Shown in pieces: positions 1 to 10,591 of a DNA stretch of 64,000 nt; the first letter of the stretch is position 1, and every line of letters starts with the position of its first letter. The translations under genes were made by a program, and so were the position numbers. The notes beneath the pieces are model-generated. The model was not told the DNA's origin. It was given only the letters and a program-made list of their open reading frames with translations, and made no database searches. The stretch lies in the NCBI GenBank assembly GCA_963664015.2, contig CAXXLF010000002.1:480001-544000 (forward strand), in the 5' to 3' direction. The DNA is from Candidatus Binatia bacterium. Lineage in GTDB: Bacteria; Desulfobacterota; Binatia; UBA9968; CAXXLF01.

Positions 1-660
1 CTCAAGCCCCACCGCCGCCCCATGCTTCCTCCCCGCCTCCTCGATGCGGGTCAACGTCCCGTCTTTGTCAAATGCCACAAGGCGCGCCCCCACATCGATG
101 GCCGTAACCTCGGCCACCCGCCCCTCGGTGCATACAGCCAGCTTGCTCGTCCCACCGCCGATATCGATGTTTAAGGTCATTTCGGTGGAATCCGTCGACC
201 GACCTACGGCACCGGATCCATGGGCGGCCATGGTCGCCTCCAATCCGTCACCGGCGCTCACCGAGACGAAGCGTCCCGCCTCTTTCGCAAAAAGCTCGGC
301 GATGGCGCGGGCGTTGCGCCGCCGCAACGCAACGCCAGTTAAAATTAATGCGCCGGTGTCTACCTCTTCCCGTTTTATACCCGCCCGCTGGTACTGCCGG
401 TTGATGAAGTCTCCCAAAACCTCCACATCAATCCGGGTCTCATCCACATAGGGGGTAAGTAGGATCTCGGATTCATTCAGTACGGTGCGCCGAACGACAA
501 CGTACCGGGTGTTCTGTTGCTCCAGTTCGAGGCGGGAAAAAATGAGATGGGTGGTTGATGAGCCAATGTCGACTCCGACGCTGGTAAGCTGGATCTCCTC
601 CTCGTCGACGATATGCCGTGAGGCACCAGTGAAATCCAGCTGCTGCTTCTTCGCTTCCAT
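1..660 (-). CDS. eutA: EutA-like (ethanolamine ammonia-lyase reactivase family) ASKHA ATPase, runs off window edge
   Basis: Manual translation: MEAKKQQLDF...SVGVDIGSSTTHLIFSRL...LLTPY...DTGALILTG...VSVSAGDGLEATMAAHGSGA...NIDIGGGTSK; not in the ORF track because it has no stop in the window. Confidence 0.85.
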   Translation of the reverse strand, partial: MEAKKQQLDFTGASRHIVDEEEIQLTSVGVDIGSSTTHLIFSRLELEQQNTRYVVVRRTVLNESEILLTPYVDETRIDVEVLGDFINRQYQRAGIKREEVDTGALILTGVALRRRNARAIAELFAKEAGRFVSVSAGDGLEATMAAHGSGAVGRSTDSTEMTLNIDIGGGTSKLAVCTEGRVAEVTAIDVGARLVAFDKDGTLTRIEEAGRKHGAAVGLE

Positions 661-672
661 GTTCTACTTAAT

Positions 673-866
673 ATGAAGCCACCACGGGCTTACGCCCTTA
701 GTGCGCTTCCTCTCTTCGGCGGAATCCGCCGAAGCACCATCCTTGCCTACTCCGCCGAATCCGCCGTCTCGGCTGCGAAAACCGGGTGTTCTTCGAGCTT
801 CGGCGGGTCCGTCCACCGCATTCACCCATGGGCTAACGCCCATGGTCTTCCGCGAAGGCGGATAAA
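673..866 (-). mobile_element. Non-autonomous IS200/IS605-like palindromic element (PATE/MITE), copy A
   Basis: ATGAAGCC..CCACGGGCTTACGCCC..TTCGGCGGAATCCGCCGAAGC..CCATGGGCTAACGCCCATGG..GCGAAGGCGGATAAA; collinear with copies at 31793 and 39177. Confidence 0.7.
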
Positions 867-887
867 GAGAAGTTGGTGCCGGGGCTG

Positions 888-2075
888 CTACTTATAGATA
901 GAATCAACCATCCTGGAAGGGACGCCTTCTCGTTTCAGGGTCTCCTCAAATTCCTTACGCAGATAAGGATCTTCGTCCCTGTAGGGAATGGCGGTGCCTC
1001 CCTCTTTGATCTCGATGGCACCGTAGTCGATGGCTTCTTCGCCCGGGCGGCCGGCCTCGCGCCCCGGGGCGTTGGGACCGAACCATGCCATCAAACGGAA
1101 GGGCTCACGACTGATGCCGAAGTGCTGATGGTACCAATGCCCGCCCATGGGCGCTGCGCTCACCATGCCCACAGGTTCGTAGTCCTGCCGCCTAACTTGA
1201 TCGGCCTTACCATCCTTCCACGGCGTTGTCCCCAGGGGGCTGGGCCAGGTGTAGGTGTAGCCCTTCCCTTTAATACAGATTAGCACGGCCGCGGATCCAT
1301 GGGCGTGGGCCTTTGAATAGCGGCCGATTTCATGCTGCCCGATCCACATGTAGAACTTGTTCCCCGTCATGTGCGGCTCGATGCGCCGGTAGCCAGGTGA
1401 GCGGCGGTTGTCCAGAGGTAGTTCACAATCGACCACATCGGGCATGATGTTGGTCTGCCGCATGGCCAGACCGCGCACTGGATCGGGCTCGATCTCTTCC
1501 TGAGGCTTGTAGTAATCCTCGCGCCCGTCATAGCGGTCCGTGAAATCATAAGGACAGTTGAAGATAAAGTTCGTATTCATGAACAGGTTCATGGCGTTGG
1601 GGGCTGTCGTTCCCGCCAGCAGCAGTGCCGGGCTGGAAGCCGCATTGATCAACCGATGGGAGGCGTTCATTGGGATGGAGAAGAGCGAACCGACCTGCCA
1701 CTCGAAGGTGTGCTTTTTGCCATTGCCCTCCTTCCAAACTTCGGTTGTTCCGCGACCCTCAACGACAAAGTACTGTTCTTCGTAAAGATGGCGCTCTACG
1801 TTCAGGGCGCCGGCGCCAGGCACCTCGACCACATAGCAGCCCCACAGCCCTTCGGTTCCAAAGAGTTGGATGAAGGTCCCCTTTCCACCCATCCGCTTCC
1901 AGGGCTTCAACGGCAAATCCTGAACCTTGCTCACCCCAATGTCCCGATAGATGGGGATGCCCTGTTCTTCCATATAGGTGTCATAGGGGGAGTTCGGCCG
2001 GCCCCATTTTCCGTAGCCCGCCTTTTCCACTTCACCGCTGGGTTCGTGCCAATCCTTTATCGGCTCAGTCGCCAT
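888..2075 (-). CDS. Bicupin-domain protein, adjacent to eutA-like gene
   Basis: 395 aa; RHLYEE..FEWQVGSLFSIPMN..H and HAHG..WYHQHF motifs; GGAGG RBS; paralog at 61346-62437. Confidence 0.85.
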   Translation of the reverse strand: MATEPIKDWHEPSGEVEKAGYGKWGRPNSPYDTYMEEQGIPIYRDIGVSKVQDLPLKPWKRMGGKGTFIQLFGTEGLWGCYVVEVPGAGALNVERHLYEEQYFVVEGRGTTEVWKEGNGKKHTFEWQVGSLFSIPMNASHRLINAASSPALLLAGTTAPNAMNLFMNTNFIFNCPYDFTDRYDGREDYYKPQEEIEPDPVRGLAMRQTNIMPDVVDCELPLDNRRSPGYRRIEPHMTGNKFYMWIGQHEIGRYSKAHAHGSAAVLICIKGKGYTYTWPSPLGTTPWKDGKADQVRRQDYEPVGMVSAAPMGGHWYHQHFGISREPFRLMAWFGPNAPGREAGRPGEEAIDYGAIEIKEGGTAIPYRDEDPYLRKEFEETLKREGVPSRMVDSIYK

Positions 2076-2108
2076 AACGCCTCCGTAAATTAATGAAGCC
2101 TTTTTCCA

Positions 2109-2651
2109 CTATTGTATTTCCTCGTCGTTCTCTTCTTTTCGCCCCTCCTCCATCACCTCTTCCATAATCGACTGGTGTTTCTTTTGCGTTTCTTCCACCA
2201 TGGCCTGGCGCTGGCGGGCGAACTCTTCGCTCTCAAAAGTCGTCTTGACTTCGTGCTGCAGGCTTTGAACGAAGCCCTCCATGTCATTTTTGAGGATTTT
2301 GCCCCACCCTCCCCGAATGTTTAACGCCTGGGGCCTATCTGGATCGGTAAAATTGTAGACATAGCACCAGTCCTCAGGTACGACCGAGTTCTCTTCCGGG
2401 TGAGTCATTTCAGCAGTCACCTTTTTCAGAAAGGACTTGATAATGGTCGTCTTACCGGTCCCCGTTAGCCCGGTCACAAGGATATTGAATCCCAATTTAT
2501 TGACTCCAAGACCGAATTCTATGGCACGGATAGCCCTCTCCTGGCCGATGAAATCGGCCAGCGGCGTCATTTCCGAGGTACACCCATACGGCAGCACCGA
2601 AGGGTCACAGCGCCACCGAAGTTTTTCCGGTGGGACAGCAAAGGACGCCAT
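2109..2651 (-). pseudogene. Truncated N-terminus of Lon-like AAA ATPase/protease
   Basis: LRWRCDP..IGQERAIRAIEFGL..GLTGTGKT..DWCYVYNF; stops at 180 aa with no protease domain. Confidence 0.75.
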
Positions 2652-2929
2652 TAATAAGCCTCCTGAAGATGAAGATAAGTAATTTGATTCATCTTAAAAA
2701 TACACTTAGAGATGGTACTGAGGTGCGAATCCACGACTCTCTAACCAACCGAATGTGCACTAGGGCCAAGCTCAACTAAATACTCCCGCTTCATAGAGAT
2801 TACAAGGAGATGCAAAGGTATTTCAGCTTCTTCAACAGGGTCCGAGCCTACCTGGAGCGCGTAAAGTGAACCCGATAAACAAGTAATTTGCATAGCCTTT
2901 GGAAGCGACCAGAAACAGATACCCCTCAC

Positions 2930-3944
2930 TTAGAAGAACTTCTCGTGAGGGATATGGTTCGCACTCATCCCTTTGCTCAACAAGAGCGCCTGGACATCAT
3001 CGACCATAGGGCGCCCACCACACAGATACGCCTCGGTGCGACTCGCCTCTTTGTCAGTTACCCGCTCTCGAATCAAGTCCGTCACCCGGCCGCGAGCCCC
3101 GTCCCAACCCTTGAGATCGGGCTGAGAGAGTATAATCGGAGGCTCAAACAAGGGATGGGCAGCTGCCAACCTGCGCAGCAAGTCCTGATAAAACAGGTCT
3201 AAAACGTTACGTAATCCGAAGAATAACCGTATGCAGCGGGAGTTCCTTGGTTGCAGCAAATGAAGCAACATGGATTTGATCGGGGACCTGCCTGTGCCGG
3301 TGGCCAATAAGGATCTCCCTGTCGGATTTCTCTTCCAAGCAGATCTCGCCATAGGGACCCTCTACCTGGATCGATTCTCCCGGACGCAGCCGGTGTATAT
3401 AGTTGGAACAAAAGCCGCCGGATACGGCACGCACGCAGATCTCGAAGTGATCCTTATCAGAAGGCGAGGATGAGATGGAATAGGAACGGCGCACGACCTG
3501 GTCGATACCGGGGACCCGGAAGATCATGTACTGCCCCGGGTGAAACTTCAGGCCACCACCTTCCAGGGCGAATCGTTGCTCGCATACCGTCAGCGTAAGC
3601 TGCCGGTACACCTCGATCCTGGCATTGACGACCTCAAGCTCGGCGCGATCCTCAGACCTATGAGCGGACCCGCCAAAGGTAAGGTCTCCATGGGCGTCAG
3701 CAAGACAGATGAGACGATAGCACCCGGGGTCGAAAATATTTTATTCCAGGGTACGGGTCTCGCGAGCCCTAGGATCGCCCATAGACTCCCGACCTTCAAG
3801 AACTTCCGTTGCACAGGTTCCGCAAGCACCCGCCTTGCAGGTAAAGGGGATTGATGCCCTAGCGTCCTGGCATACACCGTAAAGCCAATCCCCTTCTTCA
3901 ACCTCGAACGTGATCCGGTCTTTTTTAAAAGTTATCCGAGGCAC
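2930..3944 (-). pseudogene. 2Fe-2S ferredoxin-FAD/NAD(P)H reductase fusion, disrupted
   Basis: CKAGACGTC, in-frame TAA at 3741-3743, then RRSYSISS, GGFCSNY, EGPYG; frameshift near 3300 into ATGTG..YLCG..EKFF. Confidence 0.8.
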
Positions 3945-4067
3945 GGTCCATCCCTCCCTAGAATCACTGTGTATACCAGTTGACCTTTGAAGAAAAGAAC
4001 CCAATTTTCAGGTATGGACTAAAGTGTGCGGGTTGACACCAGGTGTCTGAAGAACAGAGGTGTATAA

Positions 4068-4544
4068 CTAATCTGTTCCGTTCTTTAGAACATTCGGCAC
4101 GGTTTTCAGAGGCTTTGATTCCGTCGGGGCGTCTTTCTTGTTTCTCTGATTGGGATCCAGATGGTAGACCTTGGCTTTTGGGCGCTCCTGATCCCGTTTC
4201 CATTTCAGCAATCCCTTGCGAAAATATTCCGGATGGATCCCCAAATACTCGCAGATGCTCTCAAAGGAGAAACACCCCTGGCCGTCCTTACCGAAGATCC
4301 ACTCCTCGGTTTCATCGAACAAAGTCTTTTCTCTGGGCCACCTGGATTCTAAGTACTTTTGATAGCAGTTTACCCCGTCCTCCAAAACCGCGAACATAAG
4401 CATCTTCTCCGGCTCCAGGTGCAGTTTTATGCGTTGGGCTTCCTGATATTCTTCCGGAAGCAGGACATCCGGTTGAATTAGGGAAGCCGCTCCTTGATCG
4501 TCGTAACCGACGCGTTTTTTGTTCCCGGGATTTGGAACCGCCAT
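4068..4544 (-). CDS. Conserved-looking hypothetical protein (EPEKxLMxAVLED...FSFESIC...YFRKGL)
   Basis: ORF with AGGAGG RBS before ATG at 4544; resembles a family I recall from Binatia-like genomes (unverified). Confidence 0.65.
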   Translation of the reverse strand: MAVPNPGNKKRVGYDDQGAASLIQPDVLLPEEYQEAQRIKLHLEPEKMLMFAVLEDGVNCYQKYLESRWPREKTLFDETEEWIFGKDGQGCFSFESICEYLGIHPEYFRKGLLKWKRDQERPKAKVYHLDPNQRNKKDAPTESKPLKTVPNVLKNGTD

Positions 4545-4713
4545 TGCAATCCCCTCCTGGGGTTTTAATATGTAAGGGGTATGCCAGGGATTTATCCCCC
4601 TTTCTAATAAGATATATATGAGTTTTTGCCAAGATTGAGAAAACGGGGTGACATCAATTCTCACACCCGGTAACCCGTCACCCCCAATGTGTCGAGAAGT
4701 GGAATCCGTAAAC

Positions 4714-5115
4714 CTATAGTCTGGCGATCAACCCTAGGATCTTTTCTTCGATCTGCCGGCGCACGGCTCGGAACTCCTCCGGACCCAATGTCTTGGGATC
4801 CGGTATCTCCCAATCCTCTCTATGGTCGCTATCGAGCCATGGACAGGCATCGCCACAGCCCATGGAAAGCAGGTAATCGTAGTAGGTTTGTGGAACTTCA
4901 TGGATTGCCTTGGAACGATGAGCCGTTAAATCGTATCCCAATTCACGCATCGACTTGATTGCCTTGGGATTGACGCTCCCGGACGGCCGAGACCCCGCGC
5001 TGTAGGCATCGATCAGGCCCTTGCCATGGATTCGCGCAAAGGCCTCGGCCATCTGACTACGGCAAGAGTTCTCCACACAGACAAACAAAACTCGCCTGGC
5101 TGAACGGTCCATCAA
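4714..5115 (-). CDS. arsC: Arsenate reductase, LMW-PTPase family
   Basis: CVENSCRSQMAEAF P-loop; MGCGDACP; WEIPDP. Confidence 0.88.
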   Translation of the reverse strand: MMDRSARRVLFVCVENSCRSQMAEAFARIHGKGLIDAYSAGSRPSGSVNPKAIKSMRELGYDLTAHRSKAIHEVPQTYYDYLLSMGCGDACPWLDSDHREDWEIPDPKTLGPEEFRAVRRQIEEKILGLIARL

Positions 5116-5814
5116 TCAAGCTCTTCCTGCAAGCTCCTCCTGTGACGGGCGGGCCGCACCACAACATCCGGATTCATGGACACATCGGCATGCCAACACG
5201 GCTAGCCAAGCACCTATCACGGGGGCAAGAAAATAGATCCACAGACTATTCAGATACCCAGCCACAAGGGCGGGGCCCAAGGAACGGGCGGGGTTCATGG
5301 AGGCACCGGAAATCGGACCAGCAAAGAGGGCCTCAAGCGCGACTACGCCACCTACCGCAGCCCCGGTCATGAGCCCTTTTTCTCTCGCGCCGGAAGAGAC
5401 ACATAGGATTACAAACATCAGCAAAAATGTCAGTACGACTTCCAGCACCAATGATTGGAGGAACGAACCCGAGGGCAACGTGGCACCGAGGGTAGGATGC
5501 CCCACAAACAGTACGCGGAGGGTCAAGCTGGCTGCTAAAGCACCCAGGCATTGGCTCAGAATGTACGGAAGAACCTGCCGGCCGGGCAGGCGATGGGCGG
5601 CCCAAAACCCCACCGTGACCGCAGGGTTAATATGCGCACCGGATATATCACCGACCGCGTAGATCATAACCGTCACGATCAGACCGAAAGTGAGGGCAAT
5701 CCCTAGATGGGATACGGCCCCCCCAGTCACGTCGTTGATAACGATCGCTCCGGTGCCGACAAAGACAAGGGCATAAGTTCCAAAAAACTCGGCAGCATAC
5801 TCTTTCAAATTCAA
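5116..5814 (-). CDS. MIP-family aquaporin, probable arsenite channel
   Basis: SGAHINPAVT and SMNPARS NPA motifs; directly upstream of arsC. Confidence 0.9.
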   Translation of the reverse strand: MNLKEYAAEFFGTYALVFVGTGAIVINDVTGGAVSHLGIALTFGLIVTVMIYAVGDISGAHINPAVTVGFWAAHRLPGRQVLPYILSQCLGALAASLTLRVLFVGHPTLGATLPSGSFLQSLVLEVVLTFLLMFVILCVSSGAREKGLMTGAAVGGVVALEALFAGPISGASMNPARSLGPALVAGYLNSLWIYFLAPVIGAWLAVLACRCVHESGCCGAARPSQEELAGRA

Positions 5815-5899
5815 GCCCCCGGATTATTTTCCACAGTTAAAACAATCAAGATGGGTACAAGCTACGATTCGCTTCGGGAAATATTTTACGATACGGAAT

Positions 5900-6085
5900 T
5901 GGGTTCTAACCTGATCGCAACGAATTGGCCGGGGAAGCTTAACCCCGTCTTTTCTTTTGGAAGTATCCCCCGTGGGCAGCTCTAATCCACCAATAAAAGC
6001 CATCTGTTTGCTCCCTAACAGGGCATCTTCACGGTGAAAGCGATATTTGCCGACCACGCTGATATCTCCCACCCCCCGTGCATCC
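5900..6085 (-). pseudogene. Internal fragment of an outer-membrane beta-barrel transporter-type gene
   Basis: GDISVVGKYRF..GGLELPTG motif with no flanking gene body. Confidence 0.45.
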
Positions 6086-6094
6086 AGGTGACTC

Positions 6095-6307
6095 TTATTC
6101 GCGAGCCTTCATTCTTTGATCAGATAGGGAACCACCAGTGTAGCTACGGCGTCGGTTGCGAAAAAGAAATAAAATATAATCCAGATAGGGCGTAAGTGCC
6201 ACCAGTCCGATCAAACCAAGGCTCACAACAAGCACCGGAGTAAAACAACAAATGGCAACAACGATGGATCCCCATAGGCTCGTTTTAATGCATTGGTTTT
6301 CGTTCAT
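6095..6307 (-). pseudogene. merF: MerF mercury transporter remnant, C-terminus replaced
   Basis: GSIVVAICCFTPVLVVSLGLIGLVALTPYLDYIL matches MerF; similarity ends abruptly afterwards. Confidence 0.75.
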
Positions 6308-6451
6308 GGCATAGGGCCTTAGCGCGTGTCCGTGTACTAGCATGGAACGGCATTGGGTTATCAGCAATGATTTCTCTTGCCAGGACCATGATCTCACTAT
6401 TCTAATAGTTAGCACTCACTAAGTCATAATTTCATTAGATATGAGTGTAAT

Positions 6452-7456
6452 TTATTTCCAATCTTTGCCTTCACCGCCCGGGCCCCGGATATTTTTACTC
6501 CGACAACCGACAATCCGGCTCTTAACCCCTGCTTGGGAGTTTTTGGGAGAATGGGCCTTTAATTCTTCTTCTTCGCGCATGAAGAGCCGTGCGACCAGGA
6601 AAAGGATCGGAATCAGATACATGTGGCCGCTCACCCACATGATCCCCCCTCCCAATGCCTGGTCATTGATGGGACTCAGGGCCGTCAGCCTGGGCATCGC
6701 TTCGTAGAAAGGATAGAGCACCTTGTTAGGCAAGGAAATAGCCACCCCCAGCAGTGTATTCTGAAGAGTAGCGGCGATGAGATATATGATACGAAAACCA
6801 TAGGAAATTTCCCCGTGAAGTCTTGGTGCCGGGTTCACCACCGGCCACCAGAAAAGAAGGGCCGCGAAGAAATACATAAGGTGCTCGACATCATGGGCCC
6901 ACTCGCTGCGCAAGGCCAATTGGTAAAGCGATGGATGGTGCCATGCCCACAGGTTGACAACATAAACAATCCAGGCCACGGGCAAGAGAGTCAGGGCCCA
7001 AAGCAGGCGGCGAAAGAGAGATAAGGGGCTCAACAATCGGCAAAATGGTTTTCGCCACTTAACTGGAAGCCCCCACAAAAATCCTGCCAATGGGTTAGCC
7101 AAAAGGAAAACCAAAGGCGCAATCATCAGCAAAAGCAGATGTTGAACCATATGCATGCTGAGATTCGTCGCCGCCAGCGCGTCGATGGGAGAGATTACGG
7201 CAGCAATAATCACCCCTAAGGCAACCCAATAAAGAGCGATCTGCCAATGAGATACGGCGCGGGTTGAACGCCGCCGGAGCCTTAGCCACCCCCGGGTATA
7301 GACGGTGCCAAAAAGAGCCAGGACAAAAAGAACATCCGGACGCCAATGCCAGTCTGCAGAAGGGTTGCTCTCTGTTGGAACATGGCCGTAACTATACCCT
7401 GCAAAGGTCAACGCCACGAATACAGAGAAAACAATTGGGGTTAACTTAGTGCCCAT
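6452..7456 (-). CDS. ctaG: Cytochrome c oxidase assembly factor, CtaG family
   Basis: SPID..SMHMVQHLLL..WAWHHP..HDVEH..DQALGGGIMW. Confidence 0.85.
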   Translation of the reverse strand: MGTKLTPIVFSVFVALTFAGYSYGHVPTESNPSADWHWRPDVLFVLALFGTVYTRGWLRLRRRSTRAVSHWQIALYWVALGVIIAAVISPIDALAATNLSMHMVQHLLLLMIAPLVFLLANPLAGFLWGLPVKWRKPFCRLLSPLSLFRRLLWALTLLPVAWIVYVVNLWAWHHPSLYQLALRSEWAHDVEHLMYFFAALLFWWPVVNPAPRLHGEISYGFRIIYLIAATLQNTLLGVAISLPNKVLYPFYEAMPRLTALSPINDQALGGGIMWVSGHMYLIPILFLVARLFMREEEELKAHSPKNSQAGVKSRIVGCRSKNIRGPGGEGKDWK

Positions 7457-7815
7457 AATGCAATGATCCATGGGGGGATGAAGGCAGCGACCCCCAGAAG
7501 CCAGAGGGTCATCCAACGGGGAGCGATATCCCTGGCCTGAAGACGCCGGTGAAAAAAGTCTGTAAAGATCACCCCCAAAAGAGCAGTGGCTGATGAAAAA
7601 AGGACTGAGCGAGGTAAAGGCGTATCGATGACCTCAAGTGGCAATTGGCCTAGTATTGCCAGAATACCCACAAGCCAGGCGGGAGCCAGGGCAGCTAGCC
7701 CCAGAAGCCAGGAATACGCTACCACCAGGCGATCTTCTCTTCTCTTCAAATAAGCCAGGGCACCCACTGTGCCAAAGACCCCAAGGACCCCGATCAACAC
7801 GGACCAATAAATCAC
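7441..7815 (-). CDS. Hypothetical multi-pass membrane protein
   Basis: Hydrophobic 124 aa ORF, GGAGG RBS, overlaps ctaG start. Confidence 0.6.
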   Translation of the reverse strand: MIYWSVLIGVLGVFGTVGALAYLKRREDRLVVAYSWLLGLAALAPAWLVGILAILGQLPLEVIDTPLPRSVLFSSATALLGVIFTDFFHRRLQARDIAPRWMTLWLLGVAAFIPPWIIALWALS

Positions 7816-8009
7816 GTTCCCTCCGAGCTATTTATCTGACCCTATCAAAACCGATTCACAAAATCAGGCCAGTACACGGAACAAGAACAGGCCAGATAAA
7901 TGGCAGTTCATAATAGGCAATTAAAATCGTTGAATTTCGAGTCATACTTAAAAAGTTAGACTAAAGACAAGGGGAACCGAACAAGAGGTATTCCTCAGCG
8001 GTATGCCTT

Positions 8010-10475
8010 CTATAATGTGAGCCTTCGGATCCGAAGTGCATTGGTGATGACCGAAACAGAACTTAAGGTCATCGCCGCGCTGGCAATCATCGGACTCAAC
8101 AGGACACCGAAAAAAGGATATAAAATACCGGCTGCCACCGGCACACCGAGCGAATTATAAATAAATGCAAAAAATAGATTTTGACGGATGTTTCGCATAA
8201 CACCCTGACTAAGTCTGCGTGCCTTGGCAATCCCCCTTAGATCCCCCTTGACCAGGGTTATACCGGCGCTCTCCATGGCCACATCAGTACCCGTACCCAT
8301 GGCGATACCGACCTCAGCCTGAGCCAACGCCGGGGCATCGTTGATGCCGTCCCCGGCCATGGCTACGACACTTCCCTTGGCCTGCAACCGTTTTACCACC
8401 TCGGCCTTTTGATCGGGGAGTACCTCCGCTTCCACTTCATCGATGCCAAGTGTACGTCCCACCGCCTCAGCCGTTGTCCGGCTGTCTCCAGTCAGCATAA
8501 CGATGCGGATCCCACCTTGATGGATCAATCGAACCGCCTCCATGGTTGACCCTTTGATCGGATCGGCCACCCCAAGAAGCCCTGCTACCGACCTATCGAT
8601 GAGGACGAACATAACGGTCTGTCCTTCCTGCCTCAACGGCTCCCCCTGATCGACGAATGCACCGGCCTCCACACCCAGTTCGTCGAGCAACCTCCGATTT
8701 CCCAAAGCCACGCGCCGACCTTCGACGGTACCCATCACACCCTTTCCAGTGACCGAACGAAAGTCCTGGACCTCCGAAAGGTCGATGGCTTTTTCCCGAC
8801 TCCCTTCTACGATGGCACCGGCCAACGGGTGTTCACTGCCTCGCTCGAGGCTTGCCGCCAAACGAAGTATCTCCGCCTCGGTCTTCCCCTCAACAGGTAA
8901 AACCGTGACGAGTCGCGGCTTGCCTTCCGTAAGCGTCCCGGTCTTATCCACAACCAGGGTATCGACTCTCTCCAAAACCTCCAGGGCCTCAGCGTTCTTG
9001 ATCAATACCCCGGAATAGGCGCCGCGTCCGGTTCCGACCATGATGGACATGGGAGTAGCCAAACCCAAGGCGCAGGGACAGGCGATGATGAGTACGGCAA
9101 TAGCGTTCAGCAGGGCATAGGCCATGCGCGGTTCCGGGCCGACTATCGCCCAAATCAAAAAGGTAACGACGGCCGCGATCACGACGGCCGGGACAAAATA
9201 AGATGCAACGACATCGGCGAGGCGTTGGATCGGTGCCCGGCTGCGTTGGGCCTCGCTGACCATCCGTACAATCTGAGCGAGCAACGTGTCGCTTCCGACC
9301 AGTTCGACACGCATGACAAATCCCCCGGTACCGTTGACCGTACCCCCTGTCACCGGGCTGTCTGCGACCTTCTCCACAGGAATCGGCTCACCGGTGACCA
9401 TGGACTCGTCCACGGAGCTTGTCCCTTCCAGGACGACGCCGTCCACGGGGACCTTTTCTCCGGGACGGACCCGAAGGCGGTCGCCGGGCTTGACCAGGTC
9501 CAGTGAAATGTCTTCCTCCGTTCCATTGTCACCCAATCGCCGCGCGGTCTTGGGAGCCAAGCCGAGCAGGGCACGAATCGCGCTACTGGTCTGGCTGCGA
9601 GCGCGAAGCTCCAGGATCTGACCCATAAGCACCAAGGTTGTGATCACGGCGGCGGCCTCGAAATAGACGGCAATCCCCCCTCCCTCACCACGAAACGAGG
9701 CCGGGAACAGCCCCGGATACAGCGTGGCCACCACGCTATAGAGGTAGGCGGTTCCAATACCAATGGCGACCAAAGTAAACATGTTCAGGCTGCGGTATAC
9801 GATCGAGTTCCAACCGCGTTGGAAGAAAGGCCAACCACCCCAAAGCACTACAGGCGTGGCAAGTGCAAACTGGATCCAGGAGAGATAACGGGGCGCGAAG
9901 GCTCGTTGTAACGGCTGGCCCGGGATCATCTCCGACATTGCAAGAAAAAGCACAGGCACGGAAAGTACGAGGCTGACCCAGAAACGTCGGGTCATGTCTA
10001 CAAGTTCGGGGTTGCCCTCTTCCTCTAACGAAACCGTGCGCGGCTCCAGGGACATGCCGCATATCGGGCAGGACCCCGGCTCCGACTGAACAACCTCGGG
10101 GTGCGGGGGGCAGATGAATTCTGTCTTGGTGGGCAGTGCGGTGATGAGTTCCGGCTCCAAAGCCATTCCGCATTTGGGACAGGCTCCGGGGTGAGATTGA
10201 CGCACTTCAGGATCCATCGGGCAGGTATAGGCGCCTCCCCCTTCCAATGGGGTCGTTTTCAAGCCAGGGGTTGGTTCGTCAGCGGGAGTATTGCCGGAAG
10301 ATTGAGCAAGGTAGTGGTCGGGATCGAACTGGAACTTGGCCAAACAGTGGACGCAGCAAAAAAAATAGTCTTGGCCATTATGTTCCAAACGGTGTGAAGT
10401 CTTACCGGGATCGACTTCCATCCCGCATACAGGATCCGTCACTTGGTTACTCCTTTGACAGTCTTTTACAGTCAA
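8010..10475 (-). CDS. copA: Cu+/Ag+ P1B-type ATPase with YHS and two heavy-metal-binding domains
   Basis: DPVCGM, CPKCGM, CPICGM, TGE, CPCALGL, DKTGT, SEHP, GDGIND, YN and MxxSS motifs. Confidence 0.95.
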   Translation of the reverse strand: MTVKDCQRSNQVTDPVCGMEVDPGKTSHRLEHNGQDYFFCCVHCLAKFQFDPDHYLAQSSGNTPADEPTPGLKTTPLEGGGAYTCPMDPEVRQSHPGACPKCGMALEPELITALPTKTEFICPPHPEVVQSEPGSCPICGMSLEPRTVSLEEEGNPELVDMTRRFWVSLVLSVPVLFLAMSEMIPGQPLQRAFAPRYLSWIQFALATPVVLWGGWPFFQRGWNSIVYRSLNMFTLVAIGIGTAYLYSVVATLYPGLFPASFRGEGGGIAVYFEAAAVITTLVLMGQILELRARSQTSSAIRALLGLAPKTARRLGDNGTEEDISLDLVKPGDRLRVRPGEKVPVDGVVLEGTSSVDESMVTGEPIPVEKVADSPVTGGTVNGTGGFVMRVELVGSDTLLAQIVRMVSEAQRSRAPIQRLADVVASYFVPAVVIAAVVTFLIWAIVGPEPRMAYALLNAIAVLIIACPCALGLATPMSIMVGTGRGAYSGVLIKNAEALEVLERVDTLVVDKTGTLTEGKPRLVTVLPVEGKTEAEILRLAASLERGSEHPLAGAIVEGSREKAIDLSEVQDFRSVTGKGVMGTVEGRRVALGNRRLLDELGVEAGAFVDQGEPLRQEGQTVMFVLIDRSVAGLLGVADPIKGSTMEAVRLIHQGGIRIVMLTGDSRTTAEAVGRTLGIDEVEAEVLPDQKAEVVKRLQAKGSVVAMAGDGINDAPALAQAEVGIAMGTGTDVAMESAGITLVKGDLRGIAKARRLSQGVMRNIRQNLFFAFIYNSLGVPVAAGILYPFFGVLLSPMIASAAMTLSSVSVITNALRIRRLTL

Positions 10476-10591
10476 TGACGCTCGGGACTCTTGCCTACCT
10501 CGTTACTACCTCAGGGCCGAGACGATGTCCACGAACAGGAAGACTCAAATTTTTCCTTGCCAATTCCTGAGCGGTCGTATAATAACTGACC

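Noticed and set aside
673-897. Short ORFs over the palindromic elements (673-897, 31747-31971, 39268-39717)
   Set aside because: Translations of repeat DNA or shadows of real genes
3741-3743. Stop-codon read-through or alternative genetic code at in-frame TAA/TAG (also 15970, 16563, 18128)
   Set aside because: Mixed stop types, accompanied by frameshifts or truncation; intact genes end in all three stop codons
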